From Myxococcota bacterium (GTDB taxonomy: Bacteria > Myxococcota_A > Polyangia > Nannocystales > Nannocystaceae): a stretch of DNA of 64,000 nt. Position numbers and translations under genes: made by a program. Position 1 is the first letter of the stretch. Each line of letters starts with the position of its first letter. The notes under the pieces are model-generated. The model saw only the letters and a list, made by a program, of their open reading frames with translations. It had not been told where the DNA came from and made no database searches. Location: the NCBI GenBank assembly GCA_039028615.1, contig JBCCHT010000003.1, positions 453,632 to 517,631 on the forward strand. The letters are read 5' to 3'. Positions 16,878 to 26,611 of the stretch are shown here, piece by piece.

Positions 16878-18275
16878 ATGGTCGCGAAACGACTTCAGAA
16901 CGCAGTTTGGGGGCTGGGACTGGGCGTGTGCGTGGGGTTGGGAGGCGCCTGCGACGCGCCGCACGATCTCGATCCCGAGCCGATCGAGGCGCCCGAAGAT
17001 CCGCTGGCCGGAGGCAAGGGGGACGATCTCAACTCGTCCACGGTCACCGACCCGGGCGCGCTTCGTTGGTCGGCAATCGCCCAGGTCCGTGGCGAGCCGG
17101 TCGGCGCTCCGTTGTTCGTGAGCAACAACCCCGAGCATGTCGAGGGCTTCGGGATCCTGGCCGGCGTGCCCTACCCCGGCCTGTCGCTGCGTGGGGCCCA
17201 GCGCGCGCCCGATGCCCCCGAGGCGCAGTGGTCACGGCAGATCGTCGACGAGCGCTGCCCGGATGGCGGCGCCCAGGAGTTCGGGGTGTACCTCGCTCAT
17301 ATCCTGCCCGCCGATCTCGGCAGCGGTCGGCGAATCACGCTGGGCCTGGTCGCCGAGGACGACGCGACCATCACCGTCCGCGGCAAGATGGGCACCACGG
17401 ACTGGTCGAGCGGAGGGCAGCTTCTCACCACCGAGACCACCTGGCTGGGAGCCCAGCTCGCCCGCTCGTTCTTCTTCGATCACGACGCGCCCGAGCGCAC
17501 CTTCGAGGCCGAGGCCGGCAAGTTCGTCGAGGTCGACGTGCAGATGGCCGCATCGCTGGTCGAAGGTCGCTATCACGTCGAGAGCGACACCTGCCTCTAC
17601 CCCTTCACCATCGCGCACGGCCGTGGCCTGGGTGGTCACCTGCCCCGTCACTACGCCAAGGGGGATGTGAAGTGGCCCGGTTGGTACGAGGGAAGCGGCT
17701 ACGGGCGTGCAGCCGGGGTCTACGAGGCCGATCACTTCAGCGGGGAGCAGGCGGTGATCGTCGACGAGGTGCCCTCGGTGCAGGGCGTGGGCCTGCTGAC
17801 CCCCGACGACTCGTTCCCCGCGCTCGCGCGGCACGAAGACTCGGCCGAGCTGCTCTTCGGCAACTACGGCGTGCTCTACGATCACACGCTGAACCTGGTC
17901 AACGACACGGAGGCGTGCATCGAGGCAAACGTCGAGCTGGTCTCGTACATCGATCGCAACGCCACGCCGGGCCGCACCCCGACGGTGGGCTTTTTCGAGG
18001 ACACGGCGGACGCCTATACGCCCTCGATGTTCTGGAACGGCCCGGTGCGCGTGGGGACGGCACGAGGTCAGCAGCTGCATCACCCCGTGCTGCACTACGC
18101 TCCGACCGAGGCCGAGCGTGCGGAACGGAATCGAGCCGTGGCCAGCATGCGGCACAGCCTGCTGAAGGTCGAGCTGGCGGCGGGGCAGGTCTTCGACGTG
18201 GAGGTCGAGCTGCCCGTGCCGGGATACATCGTGGCTCCGATCGCACTGACCGTGCACGCGCAGCCCTGCGGCTGA
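16878..18275 (+). CDS. Secreted lipoprotein, DUF3370-like
   Basis: LGGAC lipobox, myxobacterial GGKGD motif, FVSNNPE and GNYGVLY motifs reminiscent of DUF3370. Confidence 0.6.
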   Translation: MVAKRLQNAVWGLGLGVCVGLGGACDAPHDLDPEPIEAPEDPLAGGKGDDLNSSTVTDPGALRWSAIAQVRGEPVGAPLFVSNNPEHVEGFGILAGVPYPGLSLRGAQRAPDAPEAQWSRQIVDERCPDGGAQEFGVYLAHILPADLGSGRRITLGLVAEDDATITVRGKMGTTDWSSGGQLLTTETTWLGAQLARSFFFDHDAPERTFEAEAGKFVEVDVQMAASLVEGRYHVESDTCLYPFTIAHGRGLGGHLPRHYAKGDVKWPGWYEGSGYGRAAGVYEADHFSGEQAVIVDEVPSVQGVGLLTPDDSFPALARHEDSAELLFGNYGVLYDHTLNLVNDTEACIEANVELVSYIDRNATPGRTPTVGFFEDTADAYTPSMFWNGPVRVGTARGQQLHHPVLHYAPTEAERAERNRAVASMRHSLLKVELAAGQVFDVEVELPVPGYIVAPIALTVHAQPCG

Positions 18276-18287
18276 GTCGCGTCGGCT

Positions 18288-20396
18288 TCAACGCCCGAGC
18301 GCGGGATGGCCTCGCCCCAAGTGGGCGAGTGCGTCTTGCTCGGCCGTCTTTCGCAGGGCGGCGGCGGCCTCTTCGTTGCCCTGCTCCTGCTCGAGGTTGG
18401 CCAAGAGCTCTCGGGCCTCGAAGACCCACGCCGCCGCGGAGACGTCGACCTCCTGCTCGAGTCCGCGGCGCAGGGCGCTGGCCGCCTGCTCGGCGTTCCC
18501 GTTGACCAGCGCGTGCCGAGCCAGCTCGAGCTGGAGTCGTAGGCGAAGCTGGGCCGGGACGTCGGACCGCGTCGAGTGTTCGCGGGCGATGCGAGTCCAC
18601 AGCATGGTATCGGCGGGCGGCTGGCTCACGCTTCGCGAGAGCTTCAACAGGGCGATGGCCGCATGGGCGGTGAGCCGCGGTCGGTTCATCGACTCGCCCG
18701 ACCACAGCGCCTCGGTCAGCGCGGGCTCGGCTTCCGGCAGCTGTCCCGTGCGCTGCGCGAGCAGGCCCAAGGCCACCGCTGCATCGAGCCGCAGCGGGGT
18801 GTCCCCCTCGTCGTTGGCCCGGGCGTGGGCCCGACGGGCGTGCTCGAGCGCGCGCGCGTCGTCGCCGAGCAGCTGCCACTTCCACGCCTGCTCGAGTTCG
18901 ATCCGCGCTGGGCTACCGAGGCCCTCTCGGCATGCGCCCGGCCCCGGCCAGTGCCGCAGCTGCTCCGCGGTATGCAGCAGGCCCGGTCCATCGGCGGTGG
19001 TGGTGGCACCGACGATCGCTTCGAAAGCCTCGAGGGTCCGGCCCAGACAGGCGGTGGTGGCGTGGTCGACGTCGGCCCGGCACGCCGAGCGCTCGAGCGC
19101 TCGACCTTCGGCCGCGTGTTGGTCGAACCCGGCGATGGCCCGCTCCGTGGCTCGGCTGACGTAGACCTGCGGGTCCTGGCCGGCGTGGTCTCGCAGGGCG
19201 CGGCGCTGGTCCGGCCCCCAGGCGGCGCTCCACGCCGTCGCGTCGCAGTCGTCGGTAGAGCGTGCGGCCAGCCACCCCGCAGCGCCCAGGGCGAGCCCGA
19301 GCCCGAGCCCGACGGCGATCGTTCGCTTGTGCCGGACGAGCCGATACTTCGTCGGGTGCTCGAGAGCGTCGAGCAGTGCGTCCATCGATTCGAAGCGCTC
19401 GAAGGGTCGAGCCGAGAGCCCGCGGCGGAGGATGGGGTAGCACCAGCTGGGCGCGTCGGTGTCGTGCGGGGGAGGGAGCGGGGCGCCGTTGCGTTCGAGA
19501 CGCCGCAGCTCGGCCTCGGTCTGCGCGATGAAGGGGCGGTGGCGGTAGCAGGCCTCGTAGAGCATCAAGCAGAACGAGTACTGGTCGCTGCGCGCGGTGG
19601 CGGCGATGCGGTCGCGCTGCTCGGGCGCCATATAGGCGGGCGTGCCCACCAGCGCTCCCGTGACGGTGAGGTTGGCGTCGATCGGTCGCGCGAGTTCTTG
19701 GAGCCGTTGCTTGGCCCCGGTGGACATGCGCAGCGACGACTCCGAGCCGTGGGGGGCGACCTGCCGCACCAGCCCGAAGTCGACGACGCATACGTGGCCA
19801 TCGGTGCCGATCATGACGTTGGCCGGCTTGAAGTCGCGGTGCACGAGCTTGCGCGCATGCGCGGCGGCGAGACCTCGCCCCGCGGCGATGAACACGTCGC
19901 GGATCTCTGGCCAGCTGCGGTGGCGTCGACGCAGCCAGCGATCGAGGCTCCGCCCCTCGAGCAGCTCGGTGGCGAGATACACCCCGGGGACGTGCGTCAT
20001 ACCTTCGTCGTCGCGGCGCATGCCGAAGCGTCGGGCAGGGGAGGGGTCGAAGACGGCGGGGTCGTAGGTCCCGACATCGAACACACGCAGCACGTTCGGG
20101 TGCGAGAGCTTGGCGAGCGCCTGCGCCTCGCGCAGCAAGCGATCGCGGGCGGCCTCGTAGCGACCGGCGTCGACCGCATGCAACAGCTTCAGGGCGACGC
20201 GGCGATCGTTCTTGGGGTCGAAGGCGCGATAGACCACGCCGCTGCTGCCCGCGCCGATGCGTTTTTCGACCACGTAGCGCCCGAGCTGGACCGCATCGCG
20301 CGACTGACCCTTGGCCCGAGGTCGGGCGGGGGCGTGGTCGGAGGCCGCGCGTAGCCACTCGTCGAGGGCACGCGACGGTGGCTCGGGCGATGCCAC
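18288..20396 (-). CDS. Membrane Ser/Thr protein kinase with helical (TPR-like) C-terminal region
   Basis: IGAGSSGVV, VALK, HRDFKPAN, DFG, GTPAYMAPE; TM segment; Cys-containing and Ala-rich helical C-terminus. Confidence 0.92.
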   Translation of the reverse strand: MASPEPPSRALDEWLRAASDHAPARPRAKGQSRDAVQLGRYVVEKRIGAGSSGVVYRAFDPKNDRRVALKLLHAVDAGRYEAARDRLLREAQALAKLSHPNVLRVFDVGTYDPAVFDPSPARRFGMRRDDEGMTHVPGVYLATELLEGRSLDRWLRRRHRSWPEIRDVFIAAGRGLAAAHARKLVHRDFKPANVMIGTDGHVCVVDFGLVRQVAPHGSESSLRMSTGAKQRLQELARPIDANLTVTGALVGTPAYMAPEQRDRIAATARSDQYSFCLMLYEACYRHRPFIAQTEAELRRLERNGAPLPPPHDTDAPSWCYPILRRGLSARPFERFESMDALLDALEHPTKYRLVRHKRTIAVGLGLGLALGAAGWLAARSTDDCDATAWSAAWGPDQRRALRDHAGQDPQVYVSRATERAIAGFDQHAAEGRALERSACRADVDHATTACLGRTLEAFEAIVGATTTADGPGLLHTAEQLRHWPGPGACREGLGSPARIELEQAWKWQLLGDDARALEHARRAHARANDEGDTPLRLDAAVALGLLAQRTGQLPEAEPALTEALWSGESMNRPRLTAHAAIALLKLSRSVSQPPADTMLWTRIAREHSTRSDVPAQLRLRLQLELARHALVNGNAEQAASALRRGLEQEVDVSAAAWVFEARELLANLEQEQGNEEAAAALRKTAEQDALAHLGRGHPALGR

Positions 20397-20432
20397 CTCA
20401 CGAGTGTAGCGCGGGCCCTTCGGGGGGACGAT

Positions 20433-22292
20433 TCAGCGCGAGCGTGGCGGGAGGCTCTCGGCGAAAAAATCCTCGGCGCGATTTCGCAATGCCGCGGGAT
20501 CGGTGATCGGCGTGGAGCAAGAGGTCTCGGTGCACAGGTACACGGCGGGGCGGCCCGTGTCCGGGTAGCGCTCGCCGGGCAGGCTGCGCTCGACGACGGC
20601 GCGGGGCTCGGGCAGGTGAAGGGCGGCGCGGGCGAGCGACTCGGTGCGAGGGTCGTCGGGCGTGCCGACCACGGTGATGTCGACCGTTGGCATGGTGACC
20701 GCCTCGAGGGCGAGCAGGAACCGACCGACGATCCGTCCCTCGTCCTCCATGACGTTGGCTCGGGCGACGGCAGCCAGGGCCCGCTCGGCCGAGGCGGCGT
20801 AGGGCGTCTCGAGCGTACCGTCGCCATCGAGGACGCGGTGCAGGTCGATCAAGAAGCGTGCCGCGAGCCCATTTTCCTCGACCGGCTTGCGGCGCTGAGC
20901 GAACACGCCGACCGCGGCCGGGTCCGCGGTATGAGCCCAGAAACCACCGGCCTCGGGATCCTCGAGTGAGCTGCGCATGAACACGGCGACCTCGGTCGCG
21001 GCCTCGAGCCAGCGCGACTGGCCCGTGGCTCGGAAGAGCGCGAGCAAGCCCGCGCCCATCGATGCCTGATCACGCAGGTGCAGCAGACCCTTCGGATCGT
21101 CCTGAGCGCCGTGCATGAACGCCCCGTCCGCGGTGCGATGGGTTCGCAGCAGGTGCTCGGCCGCGCCGACGGCCGCATCGAGGTCGGCCGCATCGCCCGT
21201 GGCGACGTACAGCTCGACCATGGAGCGGATCATCAGGCCGTTGAGATCGGCGTAGACGTTCTCGTCGATCCGCGGCAGCCCGAGCGCGAGCCGCTGGGTC
21301 TCGTCTCGGCCGTAGTAGTCCTCGCCCAGCACGGTCGGCTCGCCGTCTCGCCGCAGGTCGGCATCCTGACTGGTACGAAACCCACCTTCGGGGTCTCGCA
21401 TGAACCGCTGCATGTAGCTCGAGACCAGGCGAGCAGGAGCGAGCCACTGCTCGTCGCCCGTGGCGCGAGCGAGCTGGGCGTAGTTCTCGATGGCGCCCGC
21501 CTGGATCGCGGTGATCTTCTCGTAGTGCGGGTGGTCCCAGTCGCCGCGCACCGAATACTGATAGATGCCGCCCCACACGGGATCGATGATCTTGCGCTCG
21601 TAGCTCAGCGTGGTCTCGGCCCGCTCGGCCCACTGCGACTCGCCGTAGATTCGGGCCCGCATCAAGGCGTGCTCGACGGGGGCGGGAAAGGGGTACTTCT
21701 GCCGCCGGCCCCAACCGCCGATCTCCGGCTCGTAATAGTCGTCGAGCTGGGCCGTGACCTCGGCCAGCAGCGGGGCGAGCTCGGAGGGGCGCGCCTTCGG
21801 AGGGTCGGGCACCAGTACTCGTTGACTCAGCCGGCCCGCGTCGCGATCGGCGATGAGCTCCCGCAGCAGCGCTTCGAACTTCTCGGCTCGCTTGTAGCCG
21901 CGCAGCGCGAGCACGGGCTGGGCATCGGGGGTGAGGAACGCGGTCGCGGGCCAGCCCCACTCGCGGTAGCGCTCGGCGATGTCGGGTCGCGCATCGGAGT
22001 CGACGCGGATGGCCACGAAGTGCTCGTCGATCAGCGCGGCGACCTCGGGGTCTTCGTAGGTCTGCTCCTCCATGACGTGACACCAGTGGCACCACGAAGC
22101 GACGACGTTGATGAGCAGGATGCGGTCGTCCTTTTGCGCGCGTTCGAAGCTGCTGGGCTCCCACGGTGCCCACTCGATCTCGGCGTGACCGGCCACGGCC
22201 TGCGGCGACGTGGTGGCGGCGGTCTCACCGTGTCCGCAGGCAGCAGTCAGCGTCAGGGCGAGCGAAGCGGCGGCGAGCACAAAGCGCATCAT
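20433..22292 (-). CDS. Thioredoxin domain-containing YyaL/SSP411 (DUF255) family protein with lipoprotein signal
   Basis: WCHWCHVME, RPDI..GWP, PHYEK, SQDAD, YADLNGLMI, VYLC..C; N-terminal LTAAC. Confidence 0.9.
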   Translation of the reverse strand: MMRFVLAAASLALTLTAACGHGETAATTSPQAVAGHAEIEWAPWEPSSFERAQKDDRILLINVVASWCHWCHVMEEQTYEDPEVAALIDEHFVAIRVDSDARPDIAERYREWGWPATAFLTPDAQPVLALRGYKRAEKFEALLRELIADRDAGRLSQRVLVPDPPKARPSELAPLLAEVTAQLDDYYEPEIGGWGRRQKYPFPAPVEHALMRARIYGESQWAERAETTLSYERKIIDPVWGGIYQYSVRGDWDHPHYEKITAIQAGAIENYAQLARATGDEQWLAPARLVSSYMQRFMRDPEGGFRTSQDADLRRDGEPTVLGEDYYGRDETQRLALGLPRIDENVYADLNGLMIRSMVELYVATGDAADLDAAVGAAEHLLRTHRTADGAFMHGAQDDPKGLLHLRDQASMGAGLLALFRATGQSRWLEAATEVAVFMRSSLEDPEAGGFWAHTADPAAVGVFAQRRKPVEENGLAARFLIDLHRVLDGDGTLETPYAASAERALAAVARANVMEDEGRIVGRFLLALEAVTMPTVDITVVGTPDDPRTESLARAALHLPEPRAVVERSLPGERYPDTGRPAVYLCTETSCSTPITDPAALRNRAEDFFAESLPPRSR

Positions 22293-22425
22293 CGTGAGAT
22301 CCCCCAGAGGCACAGTCCTGCCCGGTACGTGGCGCAGCTGGCGATGGATCGATCCACGTTTTCTGAACCTCGTTGGCCCAGTGCTCTGGGGCACGAAAGG
22401 TTCAGCGTGTCGACGTGGTCGGCGC

Positions 22426-22572
22426 TCAACAACCGGGAATGATGCCGAGCACGAACAGCCCCGTGACGAACAGCGCAATGGCCAGAGTCAGCGGTAGAAA
22501 GCCCGTGGAGGCGGGTTCGCCGTCGTCTTCGTCGTCGCACTGATCGGAGTGCGAGTGCGAATGTGAACTCAT
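22426..22572 (-). CDS. Putative 48-aa small membrane protein with His/acidic N-terminus
   Basis: MSSHSHSHSDQCDDEDDGEP followed by a single hydrophobic helix; lies in an otherwise empty gap. Confidence 0.6.
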   Translation of the reverse strand: MSSHSHSHSDQCDDEDDGEPASTGFLPLTLAIALFVTGLFVLGIIPGC

Positions 22573-22764
22573 GTGCGAATCCGGTTGCGCACCTCGGACG
22601 ACCCTTCGTTTTGGGCGCCTGAAGGCAGCCCTTGAGATTACCACCCTGCGATTGGCTGGCGCAAACCGGGCTGCGACGTAGGACGCGTCACATGATTGTA
22701 GCGCTCGGTCAATGGCGAGACCCCGGTGACATCGTCTAAGGTCCGCCACGGGACCAAACGGAAA

Positions 22765-23865
22765 ATGCCGATGACGACGAGTACACAGAGTGAAGCCCCG
22801 CGTGGCTTCATCTCGACCTGGATCCTAGATTTTCACAATCGAACCGTCCTGTTCCGCATTGGCAACTGGCTGTTCACGACCTACGCCTTCTTGGCCGGTA
22901 CGGCCTTCGCCATGGGCTTTGCCGTGTCGCTGTGGTTCGACGCGATGCACGGCATGAACACGGTGTACATCGCGAAGCTCTACCTGTTCATCGCGGTGCC
23001 CTCGGTGCTCGTCGGTCTGCGGGCGTTCAGCATCATGCTGGAGTGGCGGGAGCTGTTCCGTCGGCCTTTGGCCACCTTGATCAAGCCGGGCTACATGCTG
23101 CACGGCGGCATCGCGGGCGGCACGCTCGGCTTGCTGGCGGTCAGCTACATGGCCGGGGTTCCCCTGCTCCGCATCCTCGACGCGCCCGCGTTCGCGATGC
23201 CGCTCGGCGAGGCCATCGCCCGCCTGGGCTGCTTCGTGTACGGCTGCTGCTGGGGTCGACCCACGCGAGGCAGCCTCGGTAGCCGCTTCGGCGTTCGCTA
23301 TACGAGCAAGGACTCCAAGGTCCTCCGCGCCGCGCCCCACCTCGAGAACGTCAAGATCCACCCCGCGCAGCTGTACGCCCTCGTCGTGTACCTGGGGATG
23401 TTCGCGGTCTTCTACACGATCTTGCCGTACATGCCCTTCGACGGTGCGCTGACCGGTCTGTACCTCATCGGCCACTCGATCATCCGCATCAGCCTGGAGT
23501 ACTTCCGTCAGGACGACCGCGGTCGCCTGTGGGGCAAGCTGACGCACACCAACCTGTACTCGGCGGTGATGATCCTCGGCGGTGTCGCGGCGCTGACCTA
23601 CGGCAGCCTCTACAGCGCCACCAGCACCCCGGACCTCGGCGTTCGCCTCGTGCACGTCTTCTTCGACGGCAACATCTTCCCCTGGATCTGCCTGTACGGC
23701 GTGGTCTTCGGCTTCGCCTACGGCGTGCACTACAAGAAGGTCGGCTCCTGGATCAGCAGCCCCAGCTCGGGCATGAGCGCCAACGTCAACGAGCTGAGCA
23801 TGGGCGCCGCCTCTCGCATGGAGGCCCAGGCGCGCGACGACGAGAAGAACGAAGAAGAGAAGTAG
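22765..23865 (+). CDS. Prolipoprotein diacylglyceryl transferase (Lgt) family protein
   Basis: HGGIAGG, LGEAIARLGCFVYGCCWG, HPAQLY, RISLEYFR; multi-TM with a C-terminal extension. Confidence 0.85.
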   Translation: MPMTTSTQSEAPRGFISTWILDFHNRTVLFRIGNWLFTTYAFLAGTAFAMGFAVSLWFDAMHGMNTVYIAKLYLFIAVPSVLVGLRAFSIMLEWRELFRRPLATLIKPGYMLHGGIAGGTLGLLAVSYMAGVPLLRILDAPAFAMPLGEAIARLGCFVYGCCWGRPTRGSLGSRFGVRYTSKDSKVLRAAPHLENVKIHPAQLYALVVYLGMFAVFYTILPYMPFDGALTGLYLIGHSIIRISLEYFRQDDRGRLWGKLTHTNLYSAVMILGGVAALTYGSLYSATSTPDLGVRLVHVFFDGNIFPWICLYGVVFGFAYGVHYKKVGSWISSPSSGMSANVNELSMGAASRMEAQARDDEKNEEEK

Positions 23866-23895
23866 CCCTTCGGCTGCTACCCCTTCGTCGGACCA

Positions 23896-23931
23896 AGAGG
23901 GTCGCGGGGCATTCGCCTCGCGGCCCTTTTC
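23896..23931 (+). terminator. Intrinsic terminator after the Lgt-like gene
   Basis: AGGGTCGCGGGGC-ATTC-GCCTCGCGGCCCT stem (with G-U pairs) followed by TTT. Confidence 0.65.
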
Positions 23932-24093
23932 AATTGTCCGGCGTGGCCCGGCGGTAGCTTCGTCGCCGCCGGGCTCGGCCGACTCACCTCACGTGCTTGT
24001 CGGCGAGATCACAGCGGTCCCGCTCGGAGGCCGCCCGAGGCTCTCTTCGCGTGGACACCGTTGCAGCCGCGGTGATACGCGCGTTTCATCGCG

Positions 24094-25209
24094 ATGAGCA
24101 CGGACACCAGCATTCCTCGGGGCAAGGTCTTGGTGACGGGCGGCAGCGGGCACGTGGGGGCCAACCTCGTGCATGCCCTGCTCGCCGAAGGGCAGGAGGT
24201 TCGCTGCCTGGTGCTGCCGGGCGCGAGCGAGCGTGCCTTCGAAGGGCTGCCCGTGGAGCGCTTCGAGGGGGACATCCGCGACCCGCAGGCCATGCTCGCC
24301 GCGACCAAGGGCTGCGCCCGGGTCTTCCACGTGGCCGCCAAGGTCTCCACCCTCAACGCCACCGCGGGGGAGCAGCGCGAGCTGTACGAGATCAACGTGC
24401 TCGGCACCCGCAACGTGATGCGGGCCTGCCTCGAAAACGGCGTCGACCGGGCCGTGCTCACCGGGTCGTTCTCCTCGACCGGCTTCGACCTCGACGACCC
24501 TTCCAAGCCCAGCCACGAGGCGCGGCCCTTCTATCCCTTCGGGCACGTCATGCCCTACTCGCACACCAAGGCCCTGGCCGAGCACGAGACCCTCAAGTGC
24601 GTGGTCGAGGGGCTCGATGCGGTGATCGTGACCTCGTGCGCCTGCGTCGGGCCGTGGGACTACATGCCCTCGCGCATGGGTCGGACGATGATCGACTACG
24701 CCAACGGCAAGCTGCGTGCGTTCGTGCCCGGTGGCTTCGACTTCGTCAACGGCCGGGACATCGCCCAGGGACACCTGCTGGCCATGGAGCGCGGCCGGGC
24801 CGGCCAGAAGTACATCTGCAGCACGCACTTTCACACCCTCGAGGACCTGGTGGGGTTCTTCTCCGAGGTGACCGGCCTGCCTCCCGTGCGCCTACAGGTG
24901 CCGGCCAAGCTCATGGCCAAGGTGACGGGACTGTACGCGGGGTCGTTGGCCAAGCTGTTTCCCAAGCTGCCGCAGCGGCTCACGCCCGGGGCGATCGGCG
25001 TGCTGCAGATGCGGCGACACGCCGACACCAGCAAGGCGCAGCGGGAGCTGGGCTATCGACCCACCAGCATTCGCGAGGCGGTGCGGGATGCGTTCGTGTT
25101 CTTCGCGCGTGAGGGCAAGCTGCCGCCCGAGGTTCGGGATCGAGTGTTGTCGACGCACGCCGAGGCGGCCGAAGCCGCAGGGTTGTACCGCGGCGCCCGA
25201 GTGCACTGA
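24094..25209 (+). CDS. Extended SDR / NAD-dependent epimerase-dehydratase (HpnA/SdmB/3-beta-HSD-like)
   Basis: TGGSGHVG, GDIRD, VFHVAA, NVLGTRN, catalytic YSHTK, VGPWD. Confidence 0.9.
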   Translation: MSTDTSIPRGKVLVTGGSGHVGANLVHALLAEGQEVRCLVLPGASERAFEGLPVERFEGDIRDPQAMLAATKGCARVFHVAAKVSTLNATAGEQRELYEINVLGTRNVMRACLENGVDRAVLTGSFSSTGFDLDDPSKPSHEARPFYPFGHVMPYSHTKALAEHETLKCVVEGLDAVIVTSCACVGPWDYMPSRMGRTMIDYANGKLRAFVPGGFDFVNGRDIAQGHLLAMERGRAGQKYICSTHFHTLEDLVGFFSEVTGLPPVRLQVPAKLMAKVTGLYAGSLAKLFPKLPQRLTPGAIGVLQMRRHADTSKAQRELGYRPTSIREAVRDAFVFFAREGKLPPEVRDRVLSTHAEAAEAAGLYRGARVH

Positions 25210-25221
25210 CGTCACACCTCT

Positions 25222-26523
25222 TCAGGGGGGTGGCGGCGGAGTCGGTGCGGCCTTGCTCGGATAGGGCGTGAAGCGTTCCCGGCTGCCTCGCCGCGCGTTG
25301 AGCCGCTGCAGCTCCTCCGCGGAGTAGCCGTCCTCCGTGCCCTGTCCGACGTGGCGGCGGATGAACTGGATGATCTCCTTGCGCGCCTTGGCGGCGATGC
25401 TCTGGCGGAGTCGCTCGAGCTCCTGCTCATCGCTGACCTTCGCCGAGCCCCGCGGGGGCGCTTCGATGCAGTCGTCCCACAGCTGAAACAGTGCCTCGCG
25501 TCGCTGCGCTGCGGGCAGGCCGGAGCGGTACCAGAGCGTCTGGAGTTCCTTGTCCAGGGCGTCCAGTCGAGCGTTGAGGCGCTCCTCGGCGTGGGTCCGG
25601 GCCATGCGGTGACGGAGCTCGGCGGTGCCCTCGAGGAAGATGAGCTTGAGGTGGGTGTTGATCTCCTGACCCGAGCCCTTGCGGATCAGATCGTCGAGCC
25701 GCGGCAACTTGACGTAGACCATGGGACTGAGCGAGCCGATGGTCTGGCTCAGGCTCTCGATGAGGCTCTTGGCGTCGATGGGTGGGGCGTTGGCGGGGTC
25801 TTTGGCGTTGCGTACCGCGGTGCGGATCTTCTCCACCATCGGATGCCCCACCTTGAGCTGCTGGTCGCGGAAGCTCATGCGACCTTCGGCGTCGATGCGG
25901 ACGACGAAGGGCAGCTCGGCCCGGCGCATGACGAACGAGCCGTCCTTGCGCTTGCGAAAGCCGGCCTCGGTCAGCGAGCGGGGCGGGCCGTCGCGACGCA
26001 TCTCGATGCGGGGTCGTGGGCGCGGCGTCGGGCTCGGGCTCGGGCCGACTTCGGCTCCCGCATCGGCGCCGTCGAGCCCCGACAGGCGTGGGGTGAGCAC
26101 GCGACCGCCGGATCCGTGGCCCGGGTCTCGGCTCGTACTTCGCAGGCCCAACAATGCTACGCCACCCGAGTTCGGAGGCGTGGGGGTGGTGGGCTCCGTC
26201 GGCGGGACCGGCTCAGCGGAGGGCGGCGTGGGTCTGGGCCGACGAACGGAGGGGGTCGGCGGCGGCGTGGAAGGAGGAGCGGTCGGATCGGCAGACGGCT
26301 CCGCCACGGGCTCGATGGGGTTCGGCTGCACGGGCGTCGGTGCCGGGGCGGAGGGGGGCTCCAGCGTGATCAGCTCGATCGGTGTCGTCGTCGGCTCCGC
26401 GGGCGGTGGCGTTGGCTCTACGATCGGCGCTTCGGGGAGGAGCAAGAGCAGCAGCCCGTGTCCCAGCAGCGAGACTAGCGCGGCGAGCCATCGCGCTCGA
26501 CTTCGTTCGTTGCGCCCGCCCAA
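25222..26523 (-). CDS. Hypothetical membrane-anchored Pro-rich protein
   Basis: TonB-like anchor (SLLGHGLLL), Pro-rich linker, helical C-terminus (ALFQLWDDC). Confidence 0.7.
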   Translation of the reverse strand: MGGRNERSRARWLAALVSLLGHGLLLLLLPEAPIVEPTPPPAEPTTTPIELITLEPPSAPAPTPVQPNPIEPVAEPSADPTAPPSTPPPTPSVRRPRPTPPSAEPVPPTEPTTPTPPNSGGVALLGLRSTSRDPGHGSGGRVLTPRLSGLDGADAGAEVGPSPSPTPRPRPRIEMRRDGPPRSLTEAGFRKRKDGSFVMRRAELPFVVRIDAEGRMSFRDQQLKVGHPMVEKIRTAVRNAKDPANAPPIDAKSLIESLSQTIGSLSPMVYVKLPRLDDLIRKGSGQEINTHLKLIFLEGTAELRHRMARTHAEERLNARLDALDKELQTLWYRSGLPAAQRREALFQLWDDCIEAPPRGSAKVSDEQELERLRQSIAAKARKEIIQFIRRHVGQGTEDGYSAEELQRLNARRGSRERFTPYPSKAAPTPPPPP

Positions 26524-26611
26524 GGTTTTACGGTAGCGGGTGGCCCCTGGCTGGGGTAGCGACCAGGGACCATTCGCTCTAGGACCACGGCGCGCCGTGA
26601 CCTGGATCGCT

